The notes under the pieces are model-generated. The model had not been told where the DNA came from. It made no database searches and saw only the letters and a list, made by a program, of their open reading frames with translations. The position numbers and the translations under genes are program-made. A DNA stretch of 64,000 nt, taken from contig JAJCYW010000010.1 in assembly GCA_029262675.1 (NCBI GenBank), positions 129,166 through 193,165 on the forward strand. The letters run 5' to 3'. Positions 9,760 to 20,073 of the stretch are shown here, in pieces (the first letter of the stretch is position 1; each line of letters opens with the position of its first letter). The DNA is from Chloroflexota bacterium (GTDB lineage Bacteria; Chloroflexota; Dehalococcoidia; DSTF01; RBG-16-68-14).

Positions 9760-10748
9760 GCCAGCCGCCCGCCGGCCACCGCGACGGGCTCGCCGCGCGC
9801 GGCCGACTCCACCAGCGCGTCCGCAACCCTCATCGCGGCGATTGCGTCGTCCGCGCCGACGAGAGGCGGCATATTGCGATGTGCCGCCTGGAGAAACGCG
9901 CTCAGCTCGACGCGCAGCGGTTCGTCTCGCTCGATTTCGATGACAACCGCGGCGGACGGTTCGGCGGCATCTGCCGTTTCGAAGAAACGCAACTCCTGCC
10001 TGATGTAGTCGGCCACGAACATCCCGTGCTCGCCGACGACCGTCAGCTCTCGCCGCTTCTCGGGCGTCAGCCAGTTTACGTCCAGCGCGCCGGTCACGCC
10101 GCCTTCAAAGCGCAGCACGCCCAGTACCGCGTCGTCCTGTTCGGTGCGGACGCCGCGCTGCGTCTCCGCGCGCGCCCGCGTGACCTCCTGGCCGGAGAGG
10201 TGGCGCATGACGTCGATATCGTGCGTCGCCAGGTCGTGGACGACGCCGACGTCGCGCTGCCGGTCGTGGAACGGCCCGACGCGCGTCGCCCGCATCTGCA
10301 GCAGCCGTCCCAACTCGCCGGCGTCGAGCCGCCGCTTTAGCTCCACGATCGCCGGGTTACAGCGTTCGATATGCCCAACAGCGAGCGGCGTCCCGCGGGC
10401 GTCCGCGGCGTCGCGCAGACGTGTCCCCTCGTCTACTGTCGCGGCCAGTGGTTTCTCCACGAGCACGGGTACCCGCCGCTCGATGCAGGCCAGCGCCGCG
10501 TCGTAGTGACTGAGCGTCGGGACTGCGATCGATACGGCGTCCGGGTGCGCCTCGTCCAGCATCTGCTCGTAGTCGGTGTAACCGGCCACCCTGGAGCCGT
10601 CGAGACGGTCTGCATCGTTATCGGCGACGGCGACGAGTTCGGCCTGAGGCAATTCACCGTAGACGCGCGCGTGGTTGCTGCCCATCGCGCCCAGCCCGAT
10701 CACGGCCACGCGGAGCCGCTCCGCCTCGGTGGAGCGGCCGTCAGGCAC
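9756..10748 (-). CDS. Gfo/Idh/MocA oxidoreductase (WbpB/WlbA-like)
   Basis: VAVIGLGAMG, VLVEKP, VGHIERCNP, DLATHDID. Confidence 0.85.
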   Translation of the reverse strand: MPDGRSTEAERLRVAVIGLGAMGSNHARVYGELPQAELVAVADNDADRLDGSRVAGYTDYEQMLDEAHPDAVSIAVPTLSHYDAALACIERRVPVLVEKPLAATVDEGTRLRDAADARGTPLAVGHIERCNPAIVELKRRLDAGELGRLLQMRATRVGPFHDRQRDVGVVHDLATHDIDVMRHLSGQEVTRARAETQRGVRTEQDDAVLGVLRFEGGVTGALDVNWLTPEKRRELTVVGEHGMFVADYIRQELRFFETADAAEPSAAVVIEIERDEPLRVELSAFLQAAHRNMPPLVGADDAIAAMRVADALVESAARGEPVAVAGGRLA

Positions 10749-11835
10749 GTCGCGCTCCAGAGGTCGATAGCGCAGCGTTCAACTGTGCCGCGACTGCCTC
10801 CAACTCCTCGTCCGTCAGGGCTGGGTGCACGGGCAGCGACAGCACCTCTTCGGCCGCGCGCTCCGCTTCCGGGAAGGAGCCGCCGATGCCGAGTTCTTGG
10901 TACAGCGGTTGCTGGTGCAGGCAGCGTTCGTAGTACGCGACCGACTCGATGTCATGGTCGCGCAGGTGCTGTTGGACCGCGTCGCGGCGACCGTCCGCCA
11001 CGCGCACCGTGTACTGCTGGTACACGTGCACGGCGTCCGCGTGCTCCTGCGGCGTCCGTACGCCCTCCAACAGTTCGTTTAGCCGGGCTGCGTTCTCGCG
11101 GCGGTTGGCGTTCCAGCCGTCCAGCTTCGCAAGCTGAACCTTGCCCAGCGCGGCCGCGATCTCCGTCATCCGGTAGTTGCCGCTCAGGATCTCCGTCACG
11201 TAACGCTCGTGCTCGCCTTGATTTCGCAGCACGCGGGCGCGCGCCGCGACATTTTCGTCGTCCGTGACGACCATGCCGCCCTCGCCCGTCGTAATACTCT
11301 TCGTGGCGTAGAAAGAAAAGCAGGCCGTGCCCGACGACCCGACCGTATTCCCGAGCCAGCTCGCGCCGATCGCCTGGCAGGCGTCTTCGATCACGAGTAG
11401 CCCGCATGTCTCGGCGAGGCGGTGTATCGCCGTCAGGTCGCATGGATGGCCGTAGAGGTGGACGGGCAGCAGCGCCCGCGTCTGCGGAGTCACAGCGGCC
11501 TCGGCCCGCTCGGCGTCCAGCGTGAAGTAGTCAGGCTCGATGTCGGCGAGGACGGGCCGCGCGCCCGCGAGCAGCACCGCGTTGGCGCTGGCCGCGAATG
11601 TGAACGCTGGCACGATCACCTCGTCGCCGGGGCCGATGCTGTGCGCGTGCAGTGCGACGACGAGCGCGGCGGTGCCGGACGACACCGCGACGGCGTGTCG
11701 CGCGCCCAGATGGTTCGCGAACGCGGCTTCGAACTCGGCCACGCGCGGGCCCTGCGCCAGGCGGCCGGAGCGGAGCGCCGCCAGCACGGCGCGCTCCTCC
11801 TCTTCGCCGATCTGCGGCTGGGCGATACGGATCAC
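10741..11835 (-). CDS. DegT/DnrJ aminotransferase (WbpE/WlbC-like)
   Basis: GTG start overlapping upstream stop; [39 protein letters not shown]. Confidence 0.9.
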   Translation of the reverse strand: MIRIAQPQIGEEEERAVLAALRSGRLAQGPRVAEFEAAFANHLGARHAVAVSSGTAALVVALHAHSIGPGDEVIVPAFTFAASANAVLLAGARPVLADIEPDYFTLDAERAEAAVTPQTRALLPVHLYGHPCDLTAIHRLAETCGLLVIEDACQAIGASWLGNTVGSSGTACFSFYATKSITTGEGGMVVTDDENVAARARVLRNQGEHERYVTEILSGNYRMTEIAAALGKVQLAKLDGWNANRRENAARLNELLEGVRTPQEHADAVHVYQQYTVRVADGRRDAVQQHLRDHDIESVAYYERCLHQQPLYQELGIGGSFPEAERAAEEVLSLPVHPALTDEELEAVAAQLNAALSTSGARRA

Positions 11836-12410
11836 GGCTGCGTCACGGCTGCCGGATCGAACGTGTAGCGACGGTCGCAGGCCGCGCAACGCCAATCGCC
11901 GTTGGTCCCGGCCAGCGGCCGGCCGCAGGAACAGACGTAGCCAGCCTGGCGGGCGGGCGTGCCAAGGACGAGCGCTTGGTCCGCCACGTTCCGCGTGACG
12001 ACTGCGCCCGCGCCGACCATCGCCCAACGCCCAATCACTACGCCGGGCAGAATCACGGCGCCCGCACCTATCGATGCGCCATAGGCGACCAGCGTCGGCT
12101 CAACCTGCCAGTCATCGTCGCCCAGCGGCTCGCCGTCCGGGTCGACGGCGCGGGGGTAGTGGTCGTTGCTGAAGCTGACGTGGGGGCCGATGAAGACGCC
12201 GTCCTCTATCGTGACGCCGCGGTAGAGCGAGGCGCGGTTCTGGATCTTGACGCGATTGCCGACAACGACGCCGCGGTCGACGTAGACGCCTTTGCCGATC
12301 ACGCATTCCGCGCCGATGACGGCGTCTTCGCGCACCTGCGCCTCGTGCCAGACTCGCGTGTCTGCACCGATCTGTGCGCTATCCGCGACGTTCGCCGTGG
12401 GATGGATCAT
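11832..12410 (-). CDS. Hexapeptide-repeat N-acetyltransferase (WbpD/WlbB-like)
   Basis: [32 protein letters not shown]-terminal CSCG/CAAC. Confidence 0.88.
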   Translation of the reverse strand: MIHPTANVADSAQIGADTRVWHEAQVREDAVIGAECVIGKGVYVDRGVVVGNRVKIQNRASLYRGVTIEDGVFIGPHVSFSNDHYPRAVDPDGEPLGDDDWQVEPTLVAYGASIGAGAVILPGVVIGRWAMVGAGAVVTRNVADQALVLGTPARQAGYVCSCGRPLAGTNGDWRCAACDRRYTFDPAAVTQP

Positions 12411-13458
12411 CGCGCAGAAACTCTACCATGCACTCGGCCGCGCGGCCATCGCCGAACACGGATGGTGGCTCGCCCGCCGGGGCTGTGCGCTTCGCCGCTT
12501 CGACGATGCGGTCGCTGTCGCTGCCGGCCAGCACGTTCCAGCCGCCGGCCGCCGTCTCCGGCCATTCAGTCTCCTCGCGCAGCGTCACGCAGGGCACGCC
12601 CAGCAGGAAGGCCTCTTTTTGGACGCCGCCGGAGTCCGTGAGGACGACGCGCGCGCTGCGTTCCAGCGCTAGCATCTCCACGTAGCCGACAGGATCGATT
12701 ACCCGCACGTTCTCGGCGACCGTCAGCCCCGCCGACTGCATGGCGGCGCGAACACGGGGGTGCGCCGGAAAGACTACTGTTTCGTCTAGCCGGCTAAATG
12801 CAGCCAGGATACGGCCCAACGCATCGGCGTCGTCGGTGTTCGCGGCGCGATGAACGGTGGCCAGCGCGTATTGGCCGGCTGTCAACTCCAGTCGCGAGAC
12901 GATGTCCGACTGCTCGGCCTGCGGCAGCTGTTCGCGGAGGGCGTCATACATGATGTCGCCGGTGAGGCGCGCCCTGTCGCCCAGGCCTTCCTTTGCGAGC
13001 TGGTCGACGGCCGTCTGCGTCGGGCAGAAGAGCAGGTCGGCGGCGTGGTCCGTCAGCACGCGGTTCAGCTCTTCGGGCATCGACCTGTCGAAGCTGCGCA
13101 GCCCGGCCTCCACGTGCGCCAGCGGCATACCGAGCTTCGCGGCGGCCAACGCGCCGGCCAGCGTCGAGTTCGTGTCGCCGAAGACGACGACCCAGTCGGG
13201 CGCTTCCTCTTGCAGCGCAGGCTCCAGCAGTTCCAGCATGCGGCCGGTCTGCTGTCCGTGCGGAGCGGAGCCGACGCCGAGTTGGTGGGCCGGGCGAGGC
13301 AGCGTCAGCGACTCGAAGAACACGTCTGACAGCTCGCGGTCGTAGTGCTGGCCGGTGTGGATCAGGACTTCGCTGATCTGCTGTGCCGCTAGCGCGCGGC
13401 TGAACACGGCGGCCTTGATGAACTGCGGCCGGGCCCCGACGACGGTGACGACCTTCAC
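12379..13458 (-). CDS. wecB: Non-hydrolysing UDP-GlcNAc-type 2-epimerase (WbpI/WecB-like)
   Basis: [45 protein letters not shown]. Confidence 0.9.
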   Translation of the reverse strand: MKVVTVVGARPQFIKAAVFSRALAAQQISEVLIHTGQHYDRELSDVFFESLTLPRPAHQLGVGSAPHGQQTGRMLELLEPALQEEAPDWVVVFGDTNSTLAGALAAAKLGMPLAHVEAGLRSFDRSMPEELNRVLTDHAADLLFCPTQTAVDQLAKEGLGDRARLTGDIMYDALREQLPQAEQSDIVSRLELTAGQYALATVHRAANTDDADALGRILAAFSRLDETVVFPAHPRVRAAMQSAGLTVAENVRVIDPVGYVEMLALERSARVVLTDSGGVQKEAFLLGVPCVTLREETEWPETAAGGWNVLAGSDSDRIVEAAKRTAPAGEPPSVFGDGRAAECMVEFLRDDPSHGERRG

Positions 13459-13467
13459 GAGATGGGG

Positions 13468-15372
13468 CTAGTTGTCGGAGAACGTGGGCGCCGCGTGGAC
13501 GTCACGCTGGTCGATGCGGGCGAGCGCGTGGATGCGCGCGGCCAGCTCGTCCCGGTCCTCGGGCAGGTCACGCTGCAGCTCCTCGATCTTGCCCATGATC
13601 TCATCAGAGGCGGTGGCCGGCGTGTCGGGGGCGAGAAAGATCTTGGGGTGCTCCGTCGCGAGGAACTTACCGCGCCTCTGCAACGGTTCTTCGCCAAGCT
13701 GCTCTCCGGGCCGCAGACCGGTGTAGACGATCTCGATATCTTTGCCGGGCTGGAAACCGCGGAGACGGATCAGCTTCTCCGCCAGGTCGCCGATCTTCAC
13801 TTCTTCGCCGAGGTCCATCACGAACACGGCGCTATCGCTCTGGAACGCCGCGGCCTGGACCAGCAGGCGGACGGCCTGCGGCGGAGACATGAAGTAGCGC
13901 ATAGCGCGGGCATCGGTGAGCATCACGGGCCCGCCGCGCTCGATCTGGCGGAGGAAGAGCGGGACGACGCTGCCTCGGCTGCCCATGACGTTGTGCAGGC
14001 GGACGGCGTTGAAGTGGGTCTTGCTGCGGCCCGCGAGCGCCGTCGCGACGAGCTCACCGATGCGCTTCGTCGCTCCGTAGACGCTGTCCAGGTCCGCTGC
14101 CTTGTTGCTGGAGACGAAGACGAACTGGTCCGCGCCGGCGGCGTCTGCCGCGCGGCAGAGGTTCATGGTGCCGACGACGTTGACGTGGAACGCCGCCTCC
14201 GGGTGCGCCTCGATGACGGGAATGTGCTTGTAAGCCGCGGTGTGGAAGATCACGTCCGGCCGCGCCGAGCGGAACGTGCGCTCAACCTGATCGCGATCGA
14301 CGATGTTGGTGATCCAGATGCGCGCTTCCAGGCCTTCGGCTGCCAGGTCGCGCTGCAGGTCGTAGAGGCCGGTCTCGTTGGTGTCCAGCAGGTGTACGAC
14401 GGCCGGTTCCAGAGCCAGCAACTGGTGTGCCAGCTCCTGGCCCAGATAGCCCGCGGCACCCGTGATCAGCACGCCCCGGTCGTGGACTAGCGCAGCGCAG
14501 GCGGCGAGATCGATCTTCGCCTCCTCCCGTCCGAGAAGGTCGTCGACGGTGATCTCGCGGAGCTGCGCGGCCGCGTCCGCGTGTACCATCTCCGGCACGC
14601 CGGGAACGGTTCTCACGCTGACGTCGGCCTGCTGGCAGAAGCCGACAAATTCCCGGATCGTGGCGCCGCTGGCTGACGACATCGCCAGCGCGACCATGTC
14701 CACTCCGCGTGTCGCGGCCAGCCGTGGGATGTCCTGTCGCGTGCCGAGGACGGGAAGCCCGTGGATCCGCTGCCCGCGCTTCTTCGGGTCGTCGTCCACA
14801 AAGCCGATCGGCTTGTACTGCCACTCTGGGTGCTGGAGGAACTCGCGCGCCAGCATCTGGCCGGTGTGGCCGGCCCCGGCGACGAGCACTTGCTGCGCCG
14901 GACCACCCCAGCCCGTGAAGGGCGTCTGGGAGCGCAGGCGCGGCCAGAGCTTCGCGACGCCCATCGAGAGGAAGATCAGTGCCGGGGCCATGCCCGTGAC
15001 GGTGAGCGGTATGTGTCGCGGCGTCAGGAAGACATTGATGCCGATCAGCAGGATCGACACGAGCCCGACGGCCGACGCCAGGCTCACTGCGTCTGCCAGG
15101 CTGGCGTACTGCCAGGCGGTGCGGTAGATGCCGAAGAAGTAGTTCCCCGCGATGTAGGCTAGGACGATCAGCGCGATCACCTGGCCGAAGAAGACCATCG
15201 AATCCCGCGGCACCGACCCGTCGAACTTCAACCCCAGCGCGGCCGCGTAGCAGGCGATGACGAGCAGCGCATCCAAGACCAGAACAGGCAGCAGACGCAG
15301 CCCGCGCTGCAGAACCGATGTGGAGGCGGCAGGTATCTGGCCTTCGTCGTCGTGTTGGGGTTGATCGGGCAT
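13468..15372 (-). CDS. Membrane-bound CapD/PglF/WbpM family nucleotide-sugar dehydratase homologue
   Basis: 4 TM, GFVDDDP, DDLLGRE, TGAAGYLG, AAYKHIP, YGATKR, NVMGSRGSVVPLF; catalytic TDK reads SNK. Confidence 0.85.
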   Translation of the reverse strand: MPDQPQHDDEGQIPAASTSVLQRGLRLLPVLVLDALLVIACYAAALGLKFDGSVPRDSMVFFGQVIALIVLAYIAGNYFFGIYRTAWQYASLADAVSLASAVGLVSILLIGINVFLTPRHIPLTVTGMAPALIFLSMGVAKLWPRLRSQTPFTGWGGPAQQVLVAGAGHTGQMLAREFLQHPEWQYKPIGFVDDDPKKRGQRIHGLPVLGTRQDIPRLAATRGVDMVALAMSSASGATIREFVGFCQQADVSVRTVPGVPEMVHADAAAQLREITVDDLLGREEAKIDLAACAALVHDRGVLITGAAGYLGQELAHQLLALEPAVVHLLDTNETGLYDLQRDLAAEGLEARIWITNIVDRDQVERTFRSARPDVIFHTAAYKHIPVIEAHPEAAFHVNVVGTMNLCRAADAAGADQFVFVSSNKAADLDSVYGATKRIGELVATALAGRSKTHFNAVRLHNVMGSRGSVVPLFLRQIERGGPVMLTDARAMRYFMSPPQAVRLLVQAAAFQSDSAVFVMDLGEEVKIGDLAEKLIRLRGFQPGKDIEIVYTGLRPGEQLGEEPLQRRGKFLATEHPKIFLAPDTPATASDEIMGKIEELQRDLPEDRDELAARIHALARIDQRDVHAAPTFSDN

Positions 15373-15398
15373 CTGCGGGGTGGGCGTCCCTTCCGCGT

Positions 15399-15992
15399 TC
15401 AGCGTGCGCCGCGCCGGCTCAGGACGGCCGGCAGCGTCTTCGCCAGGATCACCACGTCACCGAGCAACGAGTGGCGGTCCACATACTCGAGATCGTAGAG
15501 CATGGTCTCTTCGTACGTCAAACTGGCGCGGCCGTTCACCTGCGCCAGTCCCGTGATGCCGGGCCGCACGGTGTGGCGGCGGTGGAACTCCGGCTCGTAT
15601 TGCTCTACTAGCTCTGGCACGTCCGGCCGCGGTCCCACGACGGACATGTCTCCGCGCAGGACGTTGATGAGGTTCGGTAGCTCGTCCAGGCTCGTCGAAC
15701 GGAGCAGGAGGCCGATGCGCGTGTAGGTCTTGCCACCGTAGAGCGGGTCGAAGACGTAACTGCCGAAGTCGGTCACGTCCGGTACCTGCATCGATTGGTC
15801 GCCGTCAGGGCCCACCGTCATCGTGCGGAACTTGAGGACGTCGAAGACCGCGCCGTCCTTGCCGACCCGCGGCTGCTTGAAGATCAGCGGCCCGCGTGAC
15901 TCCAGCCTGACGGCTATCGAGACGGCGATGATGACGGGCGATAGCGCGATAAGGGTCGCGCCTGCCACCAGGATGTCGAACGCGCGCTTCAC
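15399..15992 (-). CDS. Polyprenyl-phosphate phosphoglycosyl transferase (PglC-like)
   Basis: MKRAFDI, KFRTM, SLDELP, GDMSVVGPRP, PGITGLAQV. Confidence 0.92.
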   Translation of the reverse strand: MKRAFDILVAGATLIALSPVIIAVSIAVRLESRGPLIFKQPRVGKDGAVFDVLKFRTMTVGPDGDQSMQVPDVTDFGSYVFDPLYGGKTYTRIGLLLRSTSLDELPNLINVLRGDMSVVGPRPDVPELVEQYEPEFHRRHTVRPGITGLAQVNGRASLTYEETMLYDLEYVDRHSLLGDVVILAKTLPAVLSRRGAR

Positions 15993-17185
15993 TAGCCGCG
16001 CCCGGCGCGGCCGTGTGCGGTGACGATCTCGCGGACGGCGGTGGCGACACGCTCGACGGCGTCGTCGTCCATGCGCGGGTAGATCGGCAGGGAGATCAGG
16101 TTCTCGTAGACCTTCTCCGCGACCGGGAAGTCGCCAGGGCCAAGCGAGAGCGCGTCTCGATAGTATGGGTGGAGGTGGATCGGGATGAAGTGAACGGAGG
16201 TGCCGATGCCGCGCTCGCGCAGCTCGTCGATGAACTGCGCCCGGCTGATCGTCACGCGGTCGAGGTGGAAGCGGATCGGGTAGAGGTGCCAGGCGTGGAC
16301 GATCTCCTCTCGCACCGGCGGCCGGATCAGCTCTGGCACGTCCGCGAAGAGCGCGTCGTACTGACCGGCGATCTCCGTCCGTCGCGCCTGGAACGCGTCC
16401 AGCTTCCGTAGCTGGTGGATGCCCAGCGCCGCCTGGATGTCCGTCATCGCATAGTTGAATCCCGGCGCCAGCACTTGGTACTCGGCGCTGCCGCCCTTCG
16501 AATAGCGATTCCAGGCGTTCTTGCTCAGACCGTGCAGGCTGAGCAGCCGCACCTGGTCCGCTAGCTCCGCATCGTTGGTCGTGAGCATGCCGCCCTGACC
16601 GGTCGTAATCGGTTTGATCGGGTAGAAGCTGAAGACCGACGCGTCTGACAGCGTGCCGATGGGCCGGCCGCGGTAGCGAGCGCCGATGGCGTGCGCGGCG
16701 TCCTCGACCACGCGCAGGCCGTGCTTGTCGGCGAGCGACTGCAACTCGTCCATGCGACAGGGCTGCCCGCCGTAGTGCATTGGCATCACGGCCTTCGTCC
16801 TGGGCGTGATCAACCGCTCGATCTCGGCGATGTCGATGTTGTAGTCGTCCTCTCGCACGTCGGCCAGCACCGGCGTCGCGCCGGCATGGAGAATGACGTT
16901 GACCGTCGCCGCGAAGGTCAGCGGCGTCGTGATCACCTCGTCTCCGGGGCCGATGCCGGCCGCAAGCAGCGCTAGATGCATGCCTGCGGTGCAGGAAGAC
17001 AGCGCGACAGCGTGCGTCGCGCCGGTGACCTCGCGGAACGCCGCCTCAAACGCTTGGACTTTGGGTCCGCCTGTCAGCCAGCCAGAGCGAAGCGTATCGA
17101 CGACCTCATCGATCTCCTCCTGGCCGATCTCCGGCAGCGCGAACGGCAGGAACGGCTCGACAGCCGCCGGCGTTGGCTTGCTCAT
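15992..17185 (-). CDS. DegT/DnrJ aminotransferase (ArnB/PglE/PseC-like)
   Basis: Start MSKPTP; SGWLTGGP, SSCTAGMHL, EDAAHA, FSFYPIK, GFNYAMTDIQAA. Confidence 0.9.
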   Translation of the reverse strand: MSKPTPAAVEPFLPFALPEIGQEEIDEVVDTLRSGWLTGGPKVQAFEAAFREVTGATHAVALSSCTAGMHLALLAAGIGPGDEVITTPLTFAATVNVILHAGATPVLADVREDDYNIDIAEIERLITPRTKAVMPMHYGGQPCRMDELQSLADKHGLRVVEDAAHAIGARYRGRPIGTLSDASVFSFYPIKPITTGQGGMLTTNDAELADQVRLLSLHGLSKNAWNRYSKGGSAEYQVLAPGFNYAMTDIQAALGIHQLRKLDAFQARRTEIAGQYDALFADVPELIRPPVREEIVHAWHLYPIRFHLDRVTISRAQFIDELRERGIGTSVHFIPIHLHPYYRDALSLGPGDFPVAEKVYENLISLPIYPRMDDDAVERVATAVREIVTAHGRAGRG

Positions 17186-17862
17186 CAGTTTGTCGCCTTC
17201 CTCACGGTTGCTAGCAGATGAGTGCGTAGCGCCGGCAGTCGTTCCAGCACGTGGCACAGACCTGGATTCCCTCCCAGCGCGCGTGTTATCGGCGGCGCCA
17301 GCGTGACGCGTTCGATTTCGACCGTCGTATCTGCGAACAACCGCCGCAACTCGGCGGCGGAGACGGGGCGCGTGCGGCGGTTGAATGGGTTGATCCAGAA
17401 GTCGTAGACGACCAAGAGGCCACCCGGCCGCAGTACGCGCAGCACCTCGGCCGCCGCAGCGCGGCGCACCTCGGCGTCCAGCATCGAACTGAGCGACGTG
17501 AACGCGAACGCCAGGTCGAACGTCTCGTTGCGGTAGGGCAGGGCGGCGGCGTCCGCGACGGCCACGGCCACACCGGCCGCCGACTGGCCTGCCCCGCCCA
17601 CCCACGCGGCGTCGATGTCGATGCCGGTCAGACGCTCGGCGTCCGCGCCGTGGCCGAGCAGCGTCCGGAGCAACGAGCCGCTGCCGCAGCCTACCTCCAC
17701 GACGCGCAGGCCGGAGAGGCCAGTGATACCGTTGTTCCGCAGCAGCGCGAGGAAGGCTGTGTCGCGAGATTCATGGATGTAACGCTCCGCGGCGCTCAGG
17801 TGCGCGTATAGGCCGGGAGATGGCCTGGCTGTTTCTAAATCAAGCGTGGCTGCGAGCGTCAC
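17185..17862 (-). CDS. Class I SAM-dependent methyltransferase
   Basis: GTG 17862; VVEVGCGSG, GIDID, LPYRNETFD, RVLRPGG. Confidence 0.85.
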   Translation of the reverse strand: MTLAATLDLETARPSPGLYAHLSAAERYIHESRDTAFLALLRNNGITGLSGLRVVEVGCGSGSLLRTLLGHGADAERLTGIDIDAAWVGGAGQSAAGVAVAVADAAALPYRNETFDLAFAFTSLSSMLDAEVRRAAAAEVLRVLRPGGLLVVYDFWINPFNRRTRPVSAAELRRLFADTTVEIERVTLAPPITRALGGNPGLCHVLERLPALRTHLLATVRKATN

Positions 17863-18887
17863 GGCGCCTCCGCCTCTCTTGGTTTTGCCACTGGCTGTCC
17901 GAGTAGGCGTCTCAGTGTCCCGTTGATGAAACCCAGACCGTAGGCGACGTGGATCGTCGCGAAGATGAAGGGAAGTCGAACCATGTGCCGCCAGCCGTGG
18001 CGTCGCGCGAGCAATAGCGAGCCGGCTGCGACGGTTGCCCCGTAGGCAGTCGCAAGCACCGCCAGCGGGAGGGCCAACAGGCCGCCGAATGCGGCCAGTA
18101 TCCCCGTTGCCAGCAGCGCCAGCACGAACGCCGCAGGCACCAGTTGGCGCACGCGCGTCTGGCGCGGATGGCGGCCGAGCACGACGACCTTGGCTTGGCC
18201 GTAGCCGAGGTACTGCCGCGCCAGCTCCCAGATCGACGTCCGGGCGTAGTAGGTGGAATGAATCGCCGGCGTCAGCAGGATGCGGCCGCCGGCGTCGCGG
18301 AGGCGGTAGTGCAGCTCGTCGTCCTCGCCGCCCTCGATCTCCGCGAACGGCCCGATACGGTCGAAAACGTCGCGGCGGTAGGCCGGGAACGCGACCGTGT
18401 CGGTCCACTGCTCGTCGTTGCTGTAGCGGAACACGGCGTTGCCGACGCCGAACGGCGACGAGATCGCTCGCGCGATCGATTCCCCTGTTGCTCCCTCGCC
18501 GACCGTGCTGATGGCACCGCCGACGACGTCGGCGCCCGTTCGTTGGAGGGCGGCGATGCACTGGCTGATGTAGCCCTCCGCAACCGTGGCGTGGGCGTCT
18601 ACGCGCGCGATGACGTCTCCCTGCGCGAACGCCAGGCCGATGTTGAGGCCGCGCGCCGTGTGCCGCCCGCGGTTCGCGACGACCTGCAGCAGAGGCAGCT
18701 TTTCGTGGAATCCGTTCGCGACCTCGCGCGAGCCGTCCTCCGACGCGCCATCCACGACGATCACCTCGAAAAGGTCCCCGGGGTAGTCCTGCGCGGCCAG
18801 GCTCTCCAGGCAGCGCGCGATGTGGCGCTCCTCGTTGCGCATGGGAACGATCACGGAGACGAAAGGAAGGTCGGTCGGATCAGACAT
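17859..18887 (-). CDS. GT2 glycosyltransferase (ExoA-like)
   Basis: VSVIVPMRNE, VVDGASEDG, RVDAH, GEDDELHYR, QYLGYG, C-terminal TMs. Confidence 0.9.
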   Translation of the reverse strand: MSDPTDLPFVSVIVPMRNEERHIARCLESLAAQDYPGDLFEVIVVDGASEDGSREVANGFHEKLPLLQVVANRGRHTARGLNIGLAFAQGDVIARVDAHATVAEGYISQCIAALQRTGADVVGGAISTVGEGATGESIARAISSPFGVGNAVFRYSNDEQWTDTVAFPAYRRDVFDRIGPFAEIEGGEDDELHYRLRDAGGRILLTPAIHSTYYARTSIWELARQYLGYGQAKVVVLGRHPRQTRVRQLVPAAFVLALLATGILAAFGGLLALPLAVLATAYGATVAAGSLLLARRHGWRHMVRLPFIFATIHVAYGLGFINGTLRRLLGQPVAKPREAEAP

Positions 18888-18912
18888 GGATCACAGGTTG
18901 TAGCGTGTGGCG

Positions 18913-20013
18913 TCAGCCCTTCGTTACGGTAGCACGGGCGGTCTCTTCTGTAAACGACTCCACCAGTTGCGCGTAGATCCGCTCCATCTGTGCGGCGTTC
19001 TCCTCCCAGCGATAGCGCTCCTCCACCAGAGCTCGGCCGGCCGCGCCCAACGTCGCGCGCAGCTCCGCGTTCCCCACCAGCGTGAGGATCGATGCCGCCA
19101 GCGCGCCCGCGTCGCCCGGCGGCGTGAGGATGCCGGTGCGGCCGTCCGTGACGACGTCCGGGATGCCGTGGACGTCTGAGCCCACGACTGGCAGTGTCAT
19201 CGCCGCCGCTTCGATTGCGGCGACTCCGAAGCCTTCTGCCGTGGAGGGGATTGCGAAAATGTCTAACCCGGCCAGCGTCGACGGCACGTCGGCGTGTTCG
19301 ATTTCGCCCAGGAAGCCGACTGCCTCCACTATGCCGAGCTCTCCGGCGAGCCGCGTCAGCTTCTCGCGCTCGGGCCCGTCCCCGGCCAGCACGATGCGAA
19401 TCGGGACGCCGTCGCCGACTAGGCTGGCTGCCGCGCGCAGCAGTACGTCGAAGCCTTTCTCGGGAGATAGCCGACCGACGGAGCCGACGACAATCGGCCC
19501 ACCTGTCGTCTCGCGCGGCTGCGGACGGAACCGGTCGAGGTCGACGCCGTACGGCACGACGGTCACCGGCGTCGCTTCCGGCGCGTAGGGCAGCGTCGCG
19601 TTGGCCAGCCGCAGGCCGGTGGCAGTTATCTGGTCGGCCTTGGCCAGTGCGTGGCGAGTTATGCGGCCGTGGAGGGGTGAAATGCCGGGCGCTTCGAGGA
19701 TATCCGTCCCCCAGACCGACGTCAGCAGTGGCCTGCGGCCACAGAGCGTAGCCAGGAAGCCGTAGCTCGTCAGGTGCATCGCGTGGAGCAGGTCGGGCTG
19801 GAGTTGCCGCACCAGCCGCCGCACCCGCCGGGCGTGCGCCAGATACCGCAGCTTGCCCAGCCGTTCCAGGCCGTGGATGTGGTGGACCTCCGCGCCCTCG
19901 ATCGCCGCCGGCCGGAACGAGACGACGTGCGCCTCCCAGCCCGCGCTGGCGAAGTGCTCTACCCAGCGGCGGGTGTGGATGTAGGGTGCATCAGCCAGGT
20001 AGACGACGCGCAT
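18913..20013 (-). CDS. GT4 glycosyltransferase
   Basis: HTRRW, WGTD, GRLSPEKG, EGFGVAAIEAAA. Confidence 0.9.
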   Translation of the reverse strand: MRVVYLADAPYIHTRRWVEHFASAGWEAHVVSFRPAAIEGAEVHHIHGLERLGKLRYLAHARRVRRLVRQLQPDLLHAMHLTSYGFLATLCGRRPLLTSVWGTDILEAPGISPLHGRITRHALAKADQITATGLRLANATLPYAPEATPVTVVPYGVDLDRFRPQPRETTGGPIVVGSVGRLSPEKGFDVLLRAAASLVGDGVPIRIVLAGDGPEREKLTRLAGELGIVEAVGFLGEIEHADVPSTLAGLDIFAIPSTAEGFGVAAIEAAAMTLPVVGSDVHGIPDVVTDGRTGILTPPGDAGALAASILTLVGNAELRATLGAAGRALVEERYRWEENAAQMERIYAQLVESFTEETARATVTKG

Positions 20014-20073
20014 CGTAGTTGGAGTGTACGCCGCGGGCGCTGGCCTGCCAACTGGGGCTACGGCGCTACGCCG

